Shown: positions 10,287 to 18,482 of the stretch, piece after piece | Layout of the letters: the number at the start of each line of letters is the position of its first letter | Position numbering within the stretch: position 1 is the first letter of the stretch | IMG/VR virus record: IMGVR_UViG_3300020045_015293 | Location: 24,641 to 88,640 of that record | Source of the DNA: a virus | Lineage: Duplodnaviria; Caudoviricetes | DNA: 64,000 nt | Reading direction: 5' to 3' (one strand) | Made by a program: the position numbers and the translations under genes | The notes under the pieces: generated by a model | Database searches by the model: none | What the model saw: only the letters and a program-made list of their open reading frames with translations | Told to the model about the DNA's origin: nothing

Positions 10287-11062
10287 TGCCAATAAGTATA
10301 ATTATACCAACATATGATGCTGTAGATTATTTAGTATTGTGTTTAGAATCAATTTATCAAAATCAAGTCGATCCTAACAATGAAATTATTGTAGTTGTTG
10401 ATGGTAAGCCTGAATTAAATAAGCATATTTTAGAGCAATATAAAACTAAATTAAATTTAAAAACAGTTATTTTTACGGAGAACGTAGGTTTAGCTTTAGC
10501 AACAAATTATGGCTTTTATAGTGCTTCTAACAAATATTGTTTAAATATAAATGATGATAATGTATGTCCACATGAATTTGATAGGATATTAATGGAAGAT
10601 TATATTAAATATTCAAATTCAGGAGTATTAATAGTGCCTAATCAAATCGAACCTAGACCATCAATGTTTAAATCATTTATAATAAGAAATTTTGGAGAAG
10701 ATGTAAATGAATTTGATTTAAAAATATTTAGTACCGAAGAAACAAAATTAAGAAAAAATAATCATAGTGGTGATGGATGGACATTTCCATTTTTTATAAA
10801 TAAATTGGATTTTATTAGGGTTGGGGGATTTGACCCATATTATAATAGTAGTCATGTAATTGATTGGGAATTATTTTTGAAATTAAAATTATCAATGGTT
10901 TCATCATTTAGGACTCATAGATGTAATTTTTATCATTTTGGTTCTAAATCAGCTAGAACACCAGGTAGTGAGGAGAAAGAAAGAGCAGCTCATGAATATG
11001 CTAAATTAAAATGGGGATCATATATTAAACATAATCCTGATACAAACGAAAAATATATATGA
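10286..11062 (+). CDS. glycosyltransferase family 2
   Basis: ISIIIPTY, VVVDG, ENVGLA.ATN.G, INDD, GGFD...DWE motifs. Confidence 0.9.
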   Translation: MPISIIIPTYDAVDYLVLCLESIYQNQVDPNNEIIVVVDGKPELNKHILEQYKTKLNLKTVIFTENVGLALATNYGFYSASNKYCLNINDDNVCPHEFDRILMEDYIKYSNSGVLIVPNQIEPRPSMFKSFIIRNFGEDVNEFDLKIFSTEETKLRKNNHSGDGWTFPFFINKLDFIRVGGFDPYYNSSHVIDWELFLKLKLSMVSSFRTHRCNFYHFGSKSARTPGSEEKERAAHEYAKLKWGSYIKHNPDTNEKYI

Positions 11063-11265
11063 AAACAAAAATACAAATAATAGCAGAGTTATTAGATAAA
11101 AAAGCAATAACAGCTGAAGAAGCAGTTGTATTATTGACACCTGATGAACCTTCTAAAAATATTATATATGGACATCCTTTATCAAATCCTTGGAAACCTC
11201 AACCATATACTGGAGACCCTTTACCTAATCAAGACCCAATAATAACTTGTAAAAATGGCAAATAA
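11059..11265 (+). CDS. hypothetical protein
   Basis: ORF; proline-rich C-terminus. Confidence 0.5.
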   Translation: MKTKIQIIAELLDKKAITAEEAVVLLTPDEPSKNIIYGHPLSNPWKPQPYTGDPLPNQDPIITCKNGK

Positions 11266-11812
11266 AAAAATATATAATAGTAGATTATTAATGCTTTCTG
11301 AAATTGAAGCTAAAGAAGTTGATAAAATAGTGGAAGCTATTTACTATTTTAATGAAGAGGAATCACAAAAAGTTATTAATGTATTAGAACATCCTAGTTA
11401 TAAACCTGAACCCATTAGAATTGTATTAAAAAGTGAAGGAGGATCAATGTATGATGGTTTGGCTTTAATAGATGTTATTGAAAACTCAAAAATTCCAATA
11501 CACATCACAGCTCACGGTTGTGTAATGTCAATGGCCTTAAATGTATTAGTATCAGGACATGAAAAATATTGTAGTAAAAACACTACATTTATGTATCATG
11601 AAGGTTGGTATTCCATACCTGAATCTAATATACAAGAACATAAAGATGAATTACAAGAAGCTGAACGTTTAAATGAATTATGTGATAATTATTTAATCTC
11701 AAAAACAAAATTTACTATTGAAATTTTAGAAAAAATAAGAAAATCACGTAAAAATTGGTACTTCGATGCTAATGAAGCTTTAAAATATGGGGTAGTAAAT
11801 AAGATTCTCTAA
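11255..11812 (+). CDS. clpP: ClpP-like protease
   Basis: SEGGSMYDGLAL, GCVMSMA (Ser), FMYHE (His), WYFDA.EALKYG. Confidence 0.8.
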   Translation: MANKKIYNSRLLMLSEIEAKEVDKIVEAIYYFNEEESQKVINVLEHPSYKPEPIRIVLKSEGGSMYDGLALIDVIENSKIPIHITAHGCVMSMALNVLVSGHEKYCSKNTTFMYHEGWYSIPESNIQEHKDELQEAERLNELCDNYLISKTKFTIEILEKIRKSRKNWYFDANEALKYGVVNKIL

Positions 11813-11822
11813 AAAACCCATA

Positions 11823-11831
11823 ATATTTATA
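11823..11831 (+). promoter_or_regulatory. ATATTTATA putative late promoter box
   Basis: Recurs 5-25 nt upstream of starts (also 17266, 18461, 22719, 26680, 34948, 57743, 61379). Confidence 0.5.
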
Positions 11832-11848
11832 CATAAAGATAATTTGTT

Positions 11849-12163
11849 ATGATAAAAAAAACAAAAAATTTTATGCGTAAATTATTAGGAGCAAATACAG
11901 GAATATCATCAAAAAGATTTATTGCTATATATGGATTTTTTTTAATTGCATTTGTAGTTTTAATAAACCTATTTACAGGTTTAAAAGTCAATGATTATAT
12001 ATTCAATGGATTGGTAATTACAGTGGGAGCGGCTTTGGGTGCTACTAGTATGGAACTTTTTGGAAAAGAAAGAAATTCAAGTTCATTTGATAGTACAACA
12101 ACTACAACAATTAATAAAACTAATAATGCAGAAACTCCACCAAGTGGAATTGTTGAAAGATAA
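11849..12163 (+). CDS. small two-TM membrane protein (holin-like)
   Basis: SSKRF followed by two hydrophobic helices; polar C-terminal tail. Confidence 0.5.
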   Translation: MIKKTKNFMRKLLGANTGISSKRFIAIYGFFLIAFVVLINLFTGLKVNDYIFNGLVITVGAALGATSMELFGKERNSSSFDSTTTTTINKTNNAETPPSGIVER

Positions 12164-12173
12164 TTTTTATAAA

Positions 12174-12491
12174 ATGAAATCTAATAAATATATTAAAAGA
12201 GTAATTCCAATTTTAAGAATCCCTTTAAATACTAATGCTGATTACGATAAAATTTGTGAAGTCCCTGAATTTAAAAAAATTATGATGCTTGAAACATTAT
12301 TAGCTATTAAAGAAGGAATTATAAAAAATAAAAAATCAATTTCATTATTCGAAATATCAGATTCCAAACATTGTTTAAATATAGATAAAAAAAATTGGAA
12401 ACCCCCTTTAAATACAGTTATGAAATATTTTATAGAATTGGAAGATTATGATAAAGCAATAGAGTGTAGAGAATTATTAAAACAAATTTAA
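12174..12491 (+). CDS. hypothetical protein with C-terminal UvrB/UvrC-like motif
   Basis: EDYDKAIECRELL; start moved to MKSNKY. Confidence 0.5.
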   Translation: MKSNKYIKRVIPILRIPLNTNADYDKICEVPEFKKIMMLETLLAIKEGIIKNKKSISLFEISDSKHCLNIDKKNWKPPLNTVMKYFIELEDYDKAIECRELLKQI

Positions 12492-12493
12492 TT

Positions 12494-12916
12494 ATGGATG
12501 GAAAAAAATCAATTGATAAAATAAAAAATTCTATTGAAAGTTTATTAAATACCAAAACAGATTTAGTTCCTAAAAAAATCACAAAAGAAGATAAAGATAA
12601 AATATTATTTGAAAAAATAATAAAAAATATAGAATTGGTAGATATTCGCTCTTTTATTTTAGAAGAAAAAAGTGATATTAATTTATCAAAATATGATAAT
12701 AAATTTTTTAATATAATAGATGATCTAATACTTCTTCATTTTGGAATTGAAGCTTCAGAACTTATATCTTTTTATTTATATGAAAGACATAACCCAGATG
12801 GAAGTATTAATCAAATATTAGATAATGAAAATACTCCCATTCCTTTAGAAAACCCTTCAGACTTATGGAATTTAATACAAATTATTAAAACTTTTAAAAA
12901 ACCAAAATCAAAATAA
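12494..12916 (+). CDS. hypothetical protein
   Basis: ORF. Confidence 0.55.
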   Translation: MDGKKSIDKIKNSIESLLNTKTDLVPKKITKEDKDKILFEKIIKNIELVDIRSFILEEKSDINLSKYDNKFFNIIDDLILLHFGIEASELISFYLYERHNPDGSINQILDNENTPIPLENPSDLWNLIQIIKTFKKPKSK

Positions 12917-12917
12917 T

Positions 12918-13148
12918 ATGGATTGTATAAGATGTGGTGAACAAATTAATCCAAAACGATTAAAAATTCTTCCTGAAACTAAAATATGTGTTAATTGTTC
13001 AACTACTAATAAATTAGTAGGAGTTCCAATTGCTATAGGAAAGGGTGAAGAAATTTATACTGATTTAAATATTATGACTCAAGAATCATTTAAAGAACTT
13101 TCTAAATTACAAAGAGGAACATTTTTAGGAGGAGAAGATTATGGCTAA
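12918..13148 (+). CDS. DksA/TraR C4 zinc-finger protein
   Basis: CIRCGEQINPKRLKILPETKICVNC (Cx2Cx17Cx2C). Confidence 0.8.
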   Translation: MDCIRCGEQINPKRLKILPETKICVNCSTTNKLVGVPIAIGKGEEIYTDLNIMTQESFKELSKLQRGTFLGGEDYG

Positions 13149-13809
13149 TGGAAAATTACCTGGAAGGCCCAGAACTAAATTTATTACTAAAGAAGATATT
13201 CTTAGAGCTATGAAACATACTAAGAGTATTAAAGCATTAGCAAGATATTTAAAAGTAAGTTATCCCTATATTAAACCTTACATGAAAATGTTTAAGGATG
13301 AAGAAAGTGGAAAAACTTTATATGAAATTCATAAAAATCAACAAGGTAAGGGAATTAAAAAATTCATGAAAAATGGATATAAATTCCCAAATGTAAAACA
13401 AATTTTTAAAGAAGGAACGGGATTCGAATCATTTACTCCTGAAAAAATTAAAGTAAGAGGAATACAAGAAGGATACTTAAAAGAATGTTGTTATAGGTGT
13501 GGATTTGAAGAAAGAAGAGTTATAGATTTTAAAGTACCATTATTAATGAATTTCAAAGACGGTAACCATCAAAATTATTTATTAGACAATATTGAATTAC
13601 TTTGTTATAATTGTTATTTTTTAACAATAGGTAATATATTTACTCCAGATCAAATAAGATATATTGAAGATTATGTTACTGTTAAAACAAAATCTTTTAA
13701 TTGGGAATTGGAGCATATTCCAAATAACCCTAAAACAGATTGGAATTTAACAGAAGATCAAATTACTAATATGAAAGCATTAGGATTATTAGATAATAAT
13801 GATTCCTAA
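13141..13809 (+). CDS. HNH-like endonuclease domain protein
   Basis: CYRCG...DGNHQN..LDNIELLCYNC. Confidence 0.65.
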   Translation: MANGKLPGRPRTKFITKEDILRAMKHTKSIKALARYLKVSYPYIKPYMKMFKDEESGKTLYEIHKNQQGKGIKKFMKNGYKFPNVKQIFKEGTGFESFTPEKIKVRGIQEGYLKECCYRCGFEERRVIDFKVPLLMNFKDGNHQNYLLDNIELLCYNCYFLTIGNIFTPDQIRYIEDYVTVKTKSFNWELEHIPNNPKTDWNLTEDQITNMKALGLLDNNDS

Positions 13810-13868
13810 CTTACAATAAAAAATTTTAAAGTCCAAAATTTTTAATTTAATTTTATAACAAATGTGAA

Positions 13869-14411
13869 ATGCATATAAATAAAATAGAAACTGTTAGAAG
13901 ATTTGCATTTTATTGTCACAAAAATGTTAATCATTTATATGATGGAAGACCTTATGAAGTTCATTTAGATATGGCTAGTGATGTTGGAAAAAAATTTATT
14001 CATTTAATACCAGTAAAAGATAGAGAAAATGTAATAGGAGCTATATATTTGCATGATGTAATAGAAGATACAAGAAAAACTTATAATGATATTACAAAAG
14101 TTACAAACAAAACAATAGCGGATATTGTATATGCATTAACAAATGAAAAGGGAAAAACTAGAAAAGAACGTGCAAATAAAAAATATTATAAAAGTATAAG
14201 ATATACAAAGTATGCAACATTTGTTAAATTATGTGATAGAATTGCAAACATTGAATATAGTAAAGAAAAAAATAATTCAATGTTTAATACATATGTAAAA
14301 GAAAATAAATTATTTGTAAATTCATTGAAAAAAAATTGGTTTGAACGTATATTTTGGAAAGAAAATAATTATAAAGAAATGTTTGATTATTTAAATAAAC
14401 TAGTAAAATGA
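13869..14411 (+). CDS. HD-domain (p)ppGpp hydrolase-like protein (RelA/SpoT small alarmone hydrolase type)
   Basis: H...Y.G.PY..H, LHDVIEDT, V.ALT, VKLCDRIAN motifs. Confidence 0.8.
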   Translation: MHINKIETVRRFAFYCHKNVNHLYDGRPYEVHLDMASDVGKKFIHLIPVKDRENVIGAIYLHDVIEDTRKTYNDITKVTNKTIADIVYALTNEKGKTRKERANKKYYKSIRYTKYATFVKLCDRIANIEYSKEKNNSMFNTYVKENKLFVNSLKKNWFERIFWKENNYKEMFDYLNKLVK

Positions 14412-14606
14412 AAGTTTTGGGAAAAAATAATGTAACTCCAAAAATTGTTAGTGATTTTTATTATTCATTATTAATAGAAAAAAGGTTACTTTGTCAAGAT
14501 TTAAAGGTAGAATGTTTTGGAGAAAGGTTTTTTAAGTAAAGAAAAATTACAAACTTTTCCACATAATCAATTGGTAAATTTTTATCAAAAATTATTAAGT
14601 TTATAA
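14408..14606 (+). pseudogene. frameshifted small gene resembling the IKVIGKVTP...LKQIY family
   Basis: MKVLGKNNVTPKIV...FGE stops at 14539; -1 frame continues KGFLSKEKLQTFPHNQLVNFYQKLLSL. Confidence 0.4.
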
Positions 14607-14692
14607 ATGGGGATTTTAATATTAATATATTATATAATTATTGGTAAATTAACATTACCTGAATATTGGGAAAATGATTAAAAATAAAGTTT

Positions 14693-15067
14693 ATGGATAC
14701 AAAACAACAAAAAGAAAAACCTCACGTAGAATTATTAGCTAAATTGTTTTCTAATTTCAAAGATCCAGAGCCATTTAGAAAAAACCCAAAACAAAATGAA
14801 TATGTTTTAGGTTCAAAAAATTTCACTAAAATGGTTATGTTTGCTATTGAAACTCAATTAGACAATAATGATATTGATTTTTGGTGTCATCAATTACCAA
14901 AACGTAGTTCTGAAGAATCATATGAATCTTATAAACAACGAATGATATTTACTAAACTATTAAATAAATATCGTCCATTTTTATATAATTATAATGTATA
15001 TAATGTTGAAAAGAAACATTCAACAAAACGTGCTAAAAAAGTTATGAAAGAACTTGGAATTGCTTAA
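14693..15067 (+). CDS. hypothetical protein
   Basis: ORF. Confidence 0.55.
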   Translation: MDTKQQKEKPHVELLAKLFSNFKDPEPFRKNPKQNEYVLGSKNFTKMVMFAIETQLDNNDIDFWCHQLPKRSSEESYESYKQRMIFTKLLNKYRPFLYNYNVYNVEKKHSTKRAKKVMKELGIA

Positions 15068-15120
15068 AAGTTTGTTTTCCAAAATTTTATTTTTAATTTT
15101 ACAAAAACATAAAAAAAGTT

Positions 15121-15609
15121 ATGAAAAGAAAGTTTATTGTAAATAATGAAATTTCATCTGGAGGAATTCCTACTCTATTTATGAAGTATATCATTAACAA
15201 AAAGGGAACAAAATATGTTTTTGGTTGTGGGGATGTTACTATTGGTGTGGAAGGAATAAGAGCTTTTAGAGAATTAATGACATCTCTTAGAATATATCAT
15301 CAAGGTCCATGGAATGGAAAAATAAAATCAATTGAAAATGCTCAAATATATATTAATAGAGCAATTTATAATGATAAATTTAATGATAAATTTAATAATT
15401 GGGGATATAGGGCAACAAGAACAAAATCAGGAGGAATTTCATTTGGATGCGGTGTGGTAAAATTCACTTATAGAGAATTAAAATATCTTAACAATATATT
15501 AAGTTATATCATTCCTTATTTAAAATCATTTAAATATGATGATGCTTTATTAGCATTAAATGAATTATTATTATTATCAAGAAATATGTTAATTACTTTA
15601 AGCAATTAA
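15121..15609 (+). CDS. GC[QGE]-repeat family protein (2 copies)
   Basis: FGCGDVTI and FGCGVVKF; CCAAA promoter at 15079. Confidence 0.6.
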   Translation: MKRKFIVNNEISSGGIPTLFMKYIINKKGTKYVFGCGDVTIGVEGIRAFRELMTSLRIYHQGPWNGKIKSIENAQIYINRAIYNDKFNDKFNNWGYRATRTKSGGISFGCGVVKFTYRELKYLNNILSYIIPYLKSFKYDDALLALNELLLLSRNMLITLSN

Positions 15610-15611
15610 TA

Positions 15612-15881
15612 ATGAATTTAAAATTTAATTTAAATAAAGATAATATAACACTTTCTATGGAAATAGATGGCGAAAATATTGCAGATAATATTTTATTTAT
15701 TCCCGAAAAATGTGTTGATCATCGTGGTTTGGCTCTAAATTTATATGCTAGTGAACATGGTTATAAATTAAATGATTTTATATTTGATGATGTTAATGGA
15801 GAAATAAAACGTGGATTTAATTATATGTTAAATCCTATATATATTAAAAGAGCAATTAATAATTTTAAAAATAGAGAATAA
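15612..15881 (+). CDS. hypothetical protein
   Basis: ORF. Confidence 0.5.
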   Translation: MNLKFNLNKDNITLSMEIDGENIADNILFIPEKCVDHRGLALNLYASEHGYKLNDFIFDDVNGEIKRGFNYMLNPIYIKRAINNFKNRE

Positions 15882-15909
15882 TAAACTTAAAAACAAAAAA
15901 AATAAAGTT

Positions 15910-16575
15910 ATGAAACAAACTGCATTTGATTTAAACAATTCTTATTTTATAAACACTACATTTCGCAAAATGAGAATTCATGGAAAAGAATTTGATATTT
16001 TATCATTTCCAAGAAATGGTAATAATGTAAAAGTGGATGATGTCAAAAGTGTATTTAATGGTAAAAATACTATTTCAATTTATAACAATAATGGAAGGTG
16101 TATATCTGAAAATTTTAATATTAAAAAAAGTAAAAATGATGAGGGCCCATGGGAATTAGGTTGTCAAACCATTACAAAGCAAAATGTTAATAAACTAAGA
16201 AGTTTATTGTTTGAAACTAAACCAAAAGTAGCAGCTAAACCAAAAATTGTTAATAGAGTTTTTAATTTAAATACTAGGGATTTAAGAAATTCTAAAGTAA
16301 TAATTGCTGAAACATTTGGTGCTAGAAAGAAAAATGTACCGGTATTATATTTTCCAAGAAGAAGAGAAGCGGTTTCATTAGATGAAGTTAGAAAAGTTTT
16401 AACTAATAGAAATAAAACAAGTATGCATACTTATACTTATAATACTAATGAAAAACAATTAAATTTTCATTTTAGTGAATTCCATGGTATAAGTAGAAAA
16501 AATGGTTTAAAAATTGGTTGTCAAAAAATTAATTCAAGAGTATTACAATCTTTTAGAAAAGCTATTGGATTATAA
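15910..16575 (+). CDS. GC[QGE]-repeat family protein (2 copies)
   Basis: LGCQTIT and IGCQKIN; internal duplication. Confidence 0.6.
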   Translation: MKQTAFDLNNSYFINTTFRKMRIHGKEFDILSFPRNGNNVKVDDVKSVFNGKNTISIYNNNGRCISENFNIKKSKNDEGPWELGCQTITKQNVNKLRSLLFETKPKVAAKPKIVNRVFNLNTRDLRNSKVIIAETFGARKKNVPVLYFPRRREAVSLDEVRKVLTNRNKTSMHTYTYNTNEKQLNFHFSEFHGISRKNGLKIGCQKINSRVLQSFRKAIGL

Positions 16576-16592
16576 ATTAAAAAATAAAGTTT

Positions 16593-17246
16593 ATGTCAAA
16601 AATTATAACACTTCCAAACATAAAAATTAATAATAATTTAGGAACAATTGGTATTATAGAAGTAAGTATTAAGGGTAAAATTCATCAATGTATTCAATTT
16701 TCTTATAGATCTGATTGTATTAAAATTTCATCTGTAAAACAAATATTACAGGGAAAAATTAAAAAAAGGGTTACAACATATGATCGTTATGGTAATAAAT
16801 ATGATACTTATAATATAACAAATACTTCAAAAGGAATACATATAGGATGTCAATATATTCATTCATCAGTAGTTAATAAACTTAAAACTTTACTTTTAGG
16901 TACAAATATAGAAGCAGTTAAAAAACAATTTTCATTAACATCATTTAATAGTAATGACTTAAGAAGAATTTCAATAATAAATGAAAAAGTATATCGTAAA
17001 GGAGTTTTTTCATGTATATATTTTCCACTAAGAGAGGACTATGTTTTATTAAATGATGTTAAATTAGTAATTCAAAATAATAAATTGTCTTTTATTAATA
17101 CATATTATAAAAGAGGTAATATTTTAAGATTAAATGTAGCAAGAAAAATATATAGAAATTATAAAGGAAACATTATATCCGTTGGATGTCAAGGTATACC
17201 TTCTTCAACATTAATTCAATTAAAACAATATTTTAAAATAAAATAA
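16593..17246 (+). CDS. GC[QGE]-repeat family protein (2 copies), paralog of 15910-16575
   Basis: IGCQYIH and VGCQGIP; shared YFP.R...V.L..V and N..DLR segments. Confidence 0.6.
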   Translation: MSKIITLPNIKINNNLGTIGIIEVSIKGKIHQCIQFSYRSDCIKISSVKQILQGKIKKRVTTYDRYGNKYDTYNITNTSKGIHIGCQYIHSSVVNKLKTLLLGTNIEAVKKQFSLTSFNSNDLRRISIINEKVYRKGVFSCIYFPLREDYVLLNDVKLVIQNNKLSFINTYYKRGNILRLNVARKIYRNYKGNIISVGCQGIPSSTLIQLKQYFKIK

Positions 17247-17277
17247 CGGTTTTTAAAAAGTATATATATTTATAGAT

Positions 17278-17382
17278 ATGAAAAATAAAATGTCATATAG
17301 ATCCTTTAGTTGGTCAATTTGTCCCGGTGCACAACGCGTGCATGGAGAAGATACTAAGGGCTATAAAGATGTTATTGTATAA
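17278..17382 (+). CDS. putative leader peptide MKNKMSYRSFSWSICPGAQRVHGEDTKGYKDVIV
   Basis: Short ORF between the ATATTTATA box (17266) and the terminator preceding the first tRNA. Confidence 0.45.
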   Translation: MKNKMSYRSFSWSICPGAQRVHGEDTKGYKDVIV

Positions 17383-17407
17383 AACTATAAATTAACAATA
17401 TTTTAAG

Positions 17408-17433
17408 AAGCCCATTGAAAAATGGGCTTTTTT
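17408..17433 (+). terminator. intrinsic terminator
   Basis: aagcccatt-gaaa-aatgggctt followed by a T run. Confidence 0.8.
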
Positions 17434-17436
17434 ATT

Positions 17437-17511
17437 CGGTGACTAAGCTAATCTGGTGAAAGCGTATCCCTGAAGAGGATAAGAGTTCGGGTCGGAACCG
17501 AGAGTCACTGC
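17437..17511 (+). tRNA. trnF: tRNA-Phe(GAA), atypical T-loop
   Basis: Acceptor cggtgac/gtcactg; anticodon arm tatcc-ctgaaga-ggata. Confidence 0.75.
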
Positions 17512-17651
17512 AAAAATAAAAGTTAAAAGTTAATAGCGGTTCGCATTTAAATGGCAAGTAGTAGAGGTCCAAACTCATAAATCTATCCAACTCCTGAGGG
17601 CTGGAAGGTACCCAAGAGTAATATCAGGCAAGTTAAATGTACTTTTATTTT
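17512..17651 (+). ncRNA. unassigned structured RNA
   Basis: aaaataaaagt/acttttatttt, catttaa/ttaaatg, cctga/tcagg pairings. Confidence 0.4.
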
Positions 17652-17657
17652 AAATAC

Positions 17658-17728
17658 GCGGGTATGGTGCAATGGTAGCATAAGTGATTCCAAACCACTT
17701 GATAAGAGTTCGAACCTTTTTATCCGTG
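17658..17728 (+). tRNA. trnW: tRNA-Trp(CCA)
   Basis: Loop ttccaaa; T-loop ttcgaac. Confidence 0.85.
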
Positions 17729-17733
17729 CAAAT

Positions 17734-17806
17734 GACTCTATGGTGAAATTGAATATCATTCTTCTTTCCTAAAGAAGCGTTTCAGATTTGAATTCTGATA
17801 GAGTTA
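17734..17806 (+). tRNA. trnR: tRNA-Arg(CCT)
   Basis: cttct-ttcctaa-agaag anticodon arm. Confidence 0.8.
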
Positions 17807-17815
17807 CTAAAATAT

Positions 17816-17888
17816 GGTTCCATGGTGAAATTGAATATCATTCTCGCCTTCTAAGCAAGAGTTTCGGGTTTAAATCCTGATGGAACTA
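17816..17888 (+). tRNA. trnR: tRNA-Arg(TCT)
   Basis: Loop cttctaa; acceptor ggttcca/tggaact. Confidence 0.8.
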
Positions 17889-17895
17889 CTAAAAT

Positions 17896-17968
17896 GGACT
17901 TATGGTGAAACAGAACATCACTCCACGCTACGGACGTGGCATTTCGGGTTTGAATCCTGATAAGTCTA
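17896..17968 (+). tRNA. trnR: tRNA-Arg(ACG)
   Basis: ccacg-ctacgga-cgtgg. Confidence 0.85.
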
Positions 17969-17970
17969 CT

Positions 17971-18054
17971 AAAAGAGGAGCGGAAACGTACCATGAAATC
18001 CCGAAAGGGAGAATTGGGTCAGATCGATGGCTTTAAAAATTCTAACCTCTTTTT
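17971..18054 (+). ncRNA. unassigned structured RNA
   Basis: aaaagagg/cctctttt closing stem; tccc-gaaa-ggga hairpin. Confidence 0.4.
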
Positions 18055-18060
18055 CAATAT

Positions 18061-18133
18061 GGCGGTATGTCCGAGCGATTATAGGTGCTAATCTGCAAAA
18101 TTAGTTAGGTTGGTTTAACTCCAACTACCGCTT
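18061..18133 (+). tRNA. trnC: tRNA-Cys(GCA)
   Basis: ctaat-ctgcaaa-attag; U73 discriminator. Confidence 0.85.
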
Positions 18134-18179
18134 CAAAAAATAAATTTTTTTATTCCAAAAAAAGAATTTAATTTTATAT

Positions 18180-18190
18180 GTTCTTTGAAA
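18180..18190 (+). promoter_or_regulatory. boxA-like antitermination element GTTCTTTGAAA
   Basis: Between the CCAAA promoter (18155) and tRNA-Pro; 8 further copies in the RNA island. Confidence 0.55.
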
Positions 18191-18199
18191 TTTAAATAT

Positions 18200-18272
18200 C
18201 TAGGTGTGGCCGAGATGGGAAGGCACTACTTTTGGGAAGTAGACCAAGCAGGATCGTCACCTGTCACCTAGA
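18200..18272 (+). tRNA. trnP: tRNA-Pro(TGG)
   Basis: ctact-tttggga-agtag; C1-G72 acceptor. Confidence 0.8.
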
Positions 18273-18345
18273 CATAACTACCTAGTCCGACTTAACTTTG
18301 AATTTAATTATGTTAAATTTAGGGGATTGTGAGGGGTAGTTAAAT

Positions 18346-18420
18346 GGGGATATAGTATAAATTGGAATAGTATGGTGGTTTTGCATACCATCGATCCGGA
18401 ATCGTGGTCCGGTATCTCCA
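18346..18420 (+). tRNA. trnA: tRNA-Ala(TGC)
   Basis: gtggt-tttgcat-accat; G3:U70 identity pair. Confidence 0.85.
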
Positions 18421-18482
18421 CAAAAGTTCTTTGAAAATATTCGTTTTTTATTTTTTCCACATATTTATACCAAATATAAATT

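Noticed and set aside
14520-14540. Programmed -1 frameshift in the 14408 gene
   Set aside because: No canonical X XXY YYZ heptamer in frame and no stimulatory structure; a pseudogene or sequencing error is simpler.
17590-17630. SRP (4.5S) RNA from the GGAA tetraloop
   Set aside because: Lacks the flanking CAGG/AGCA symmetric loop.
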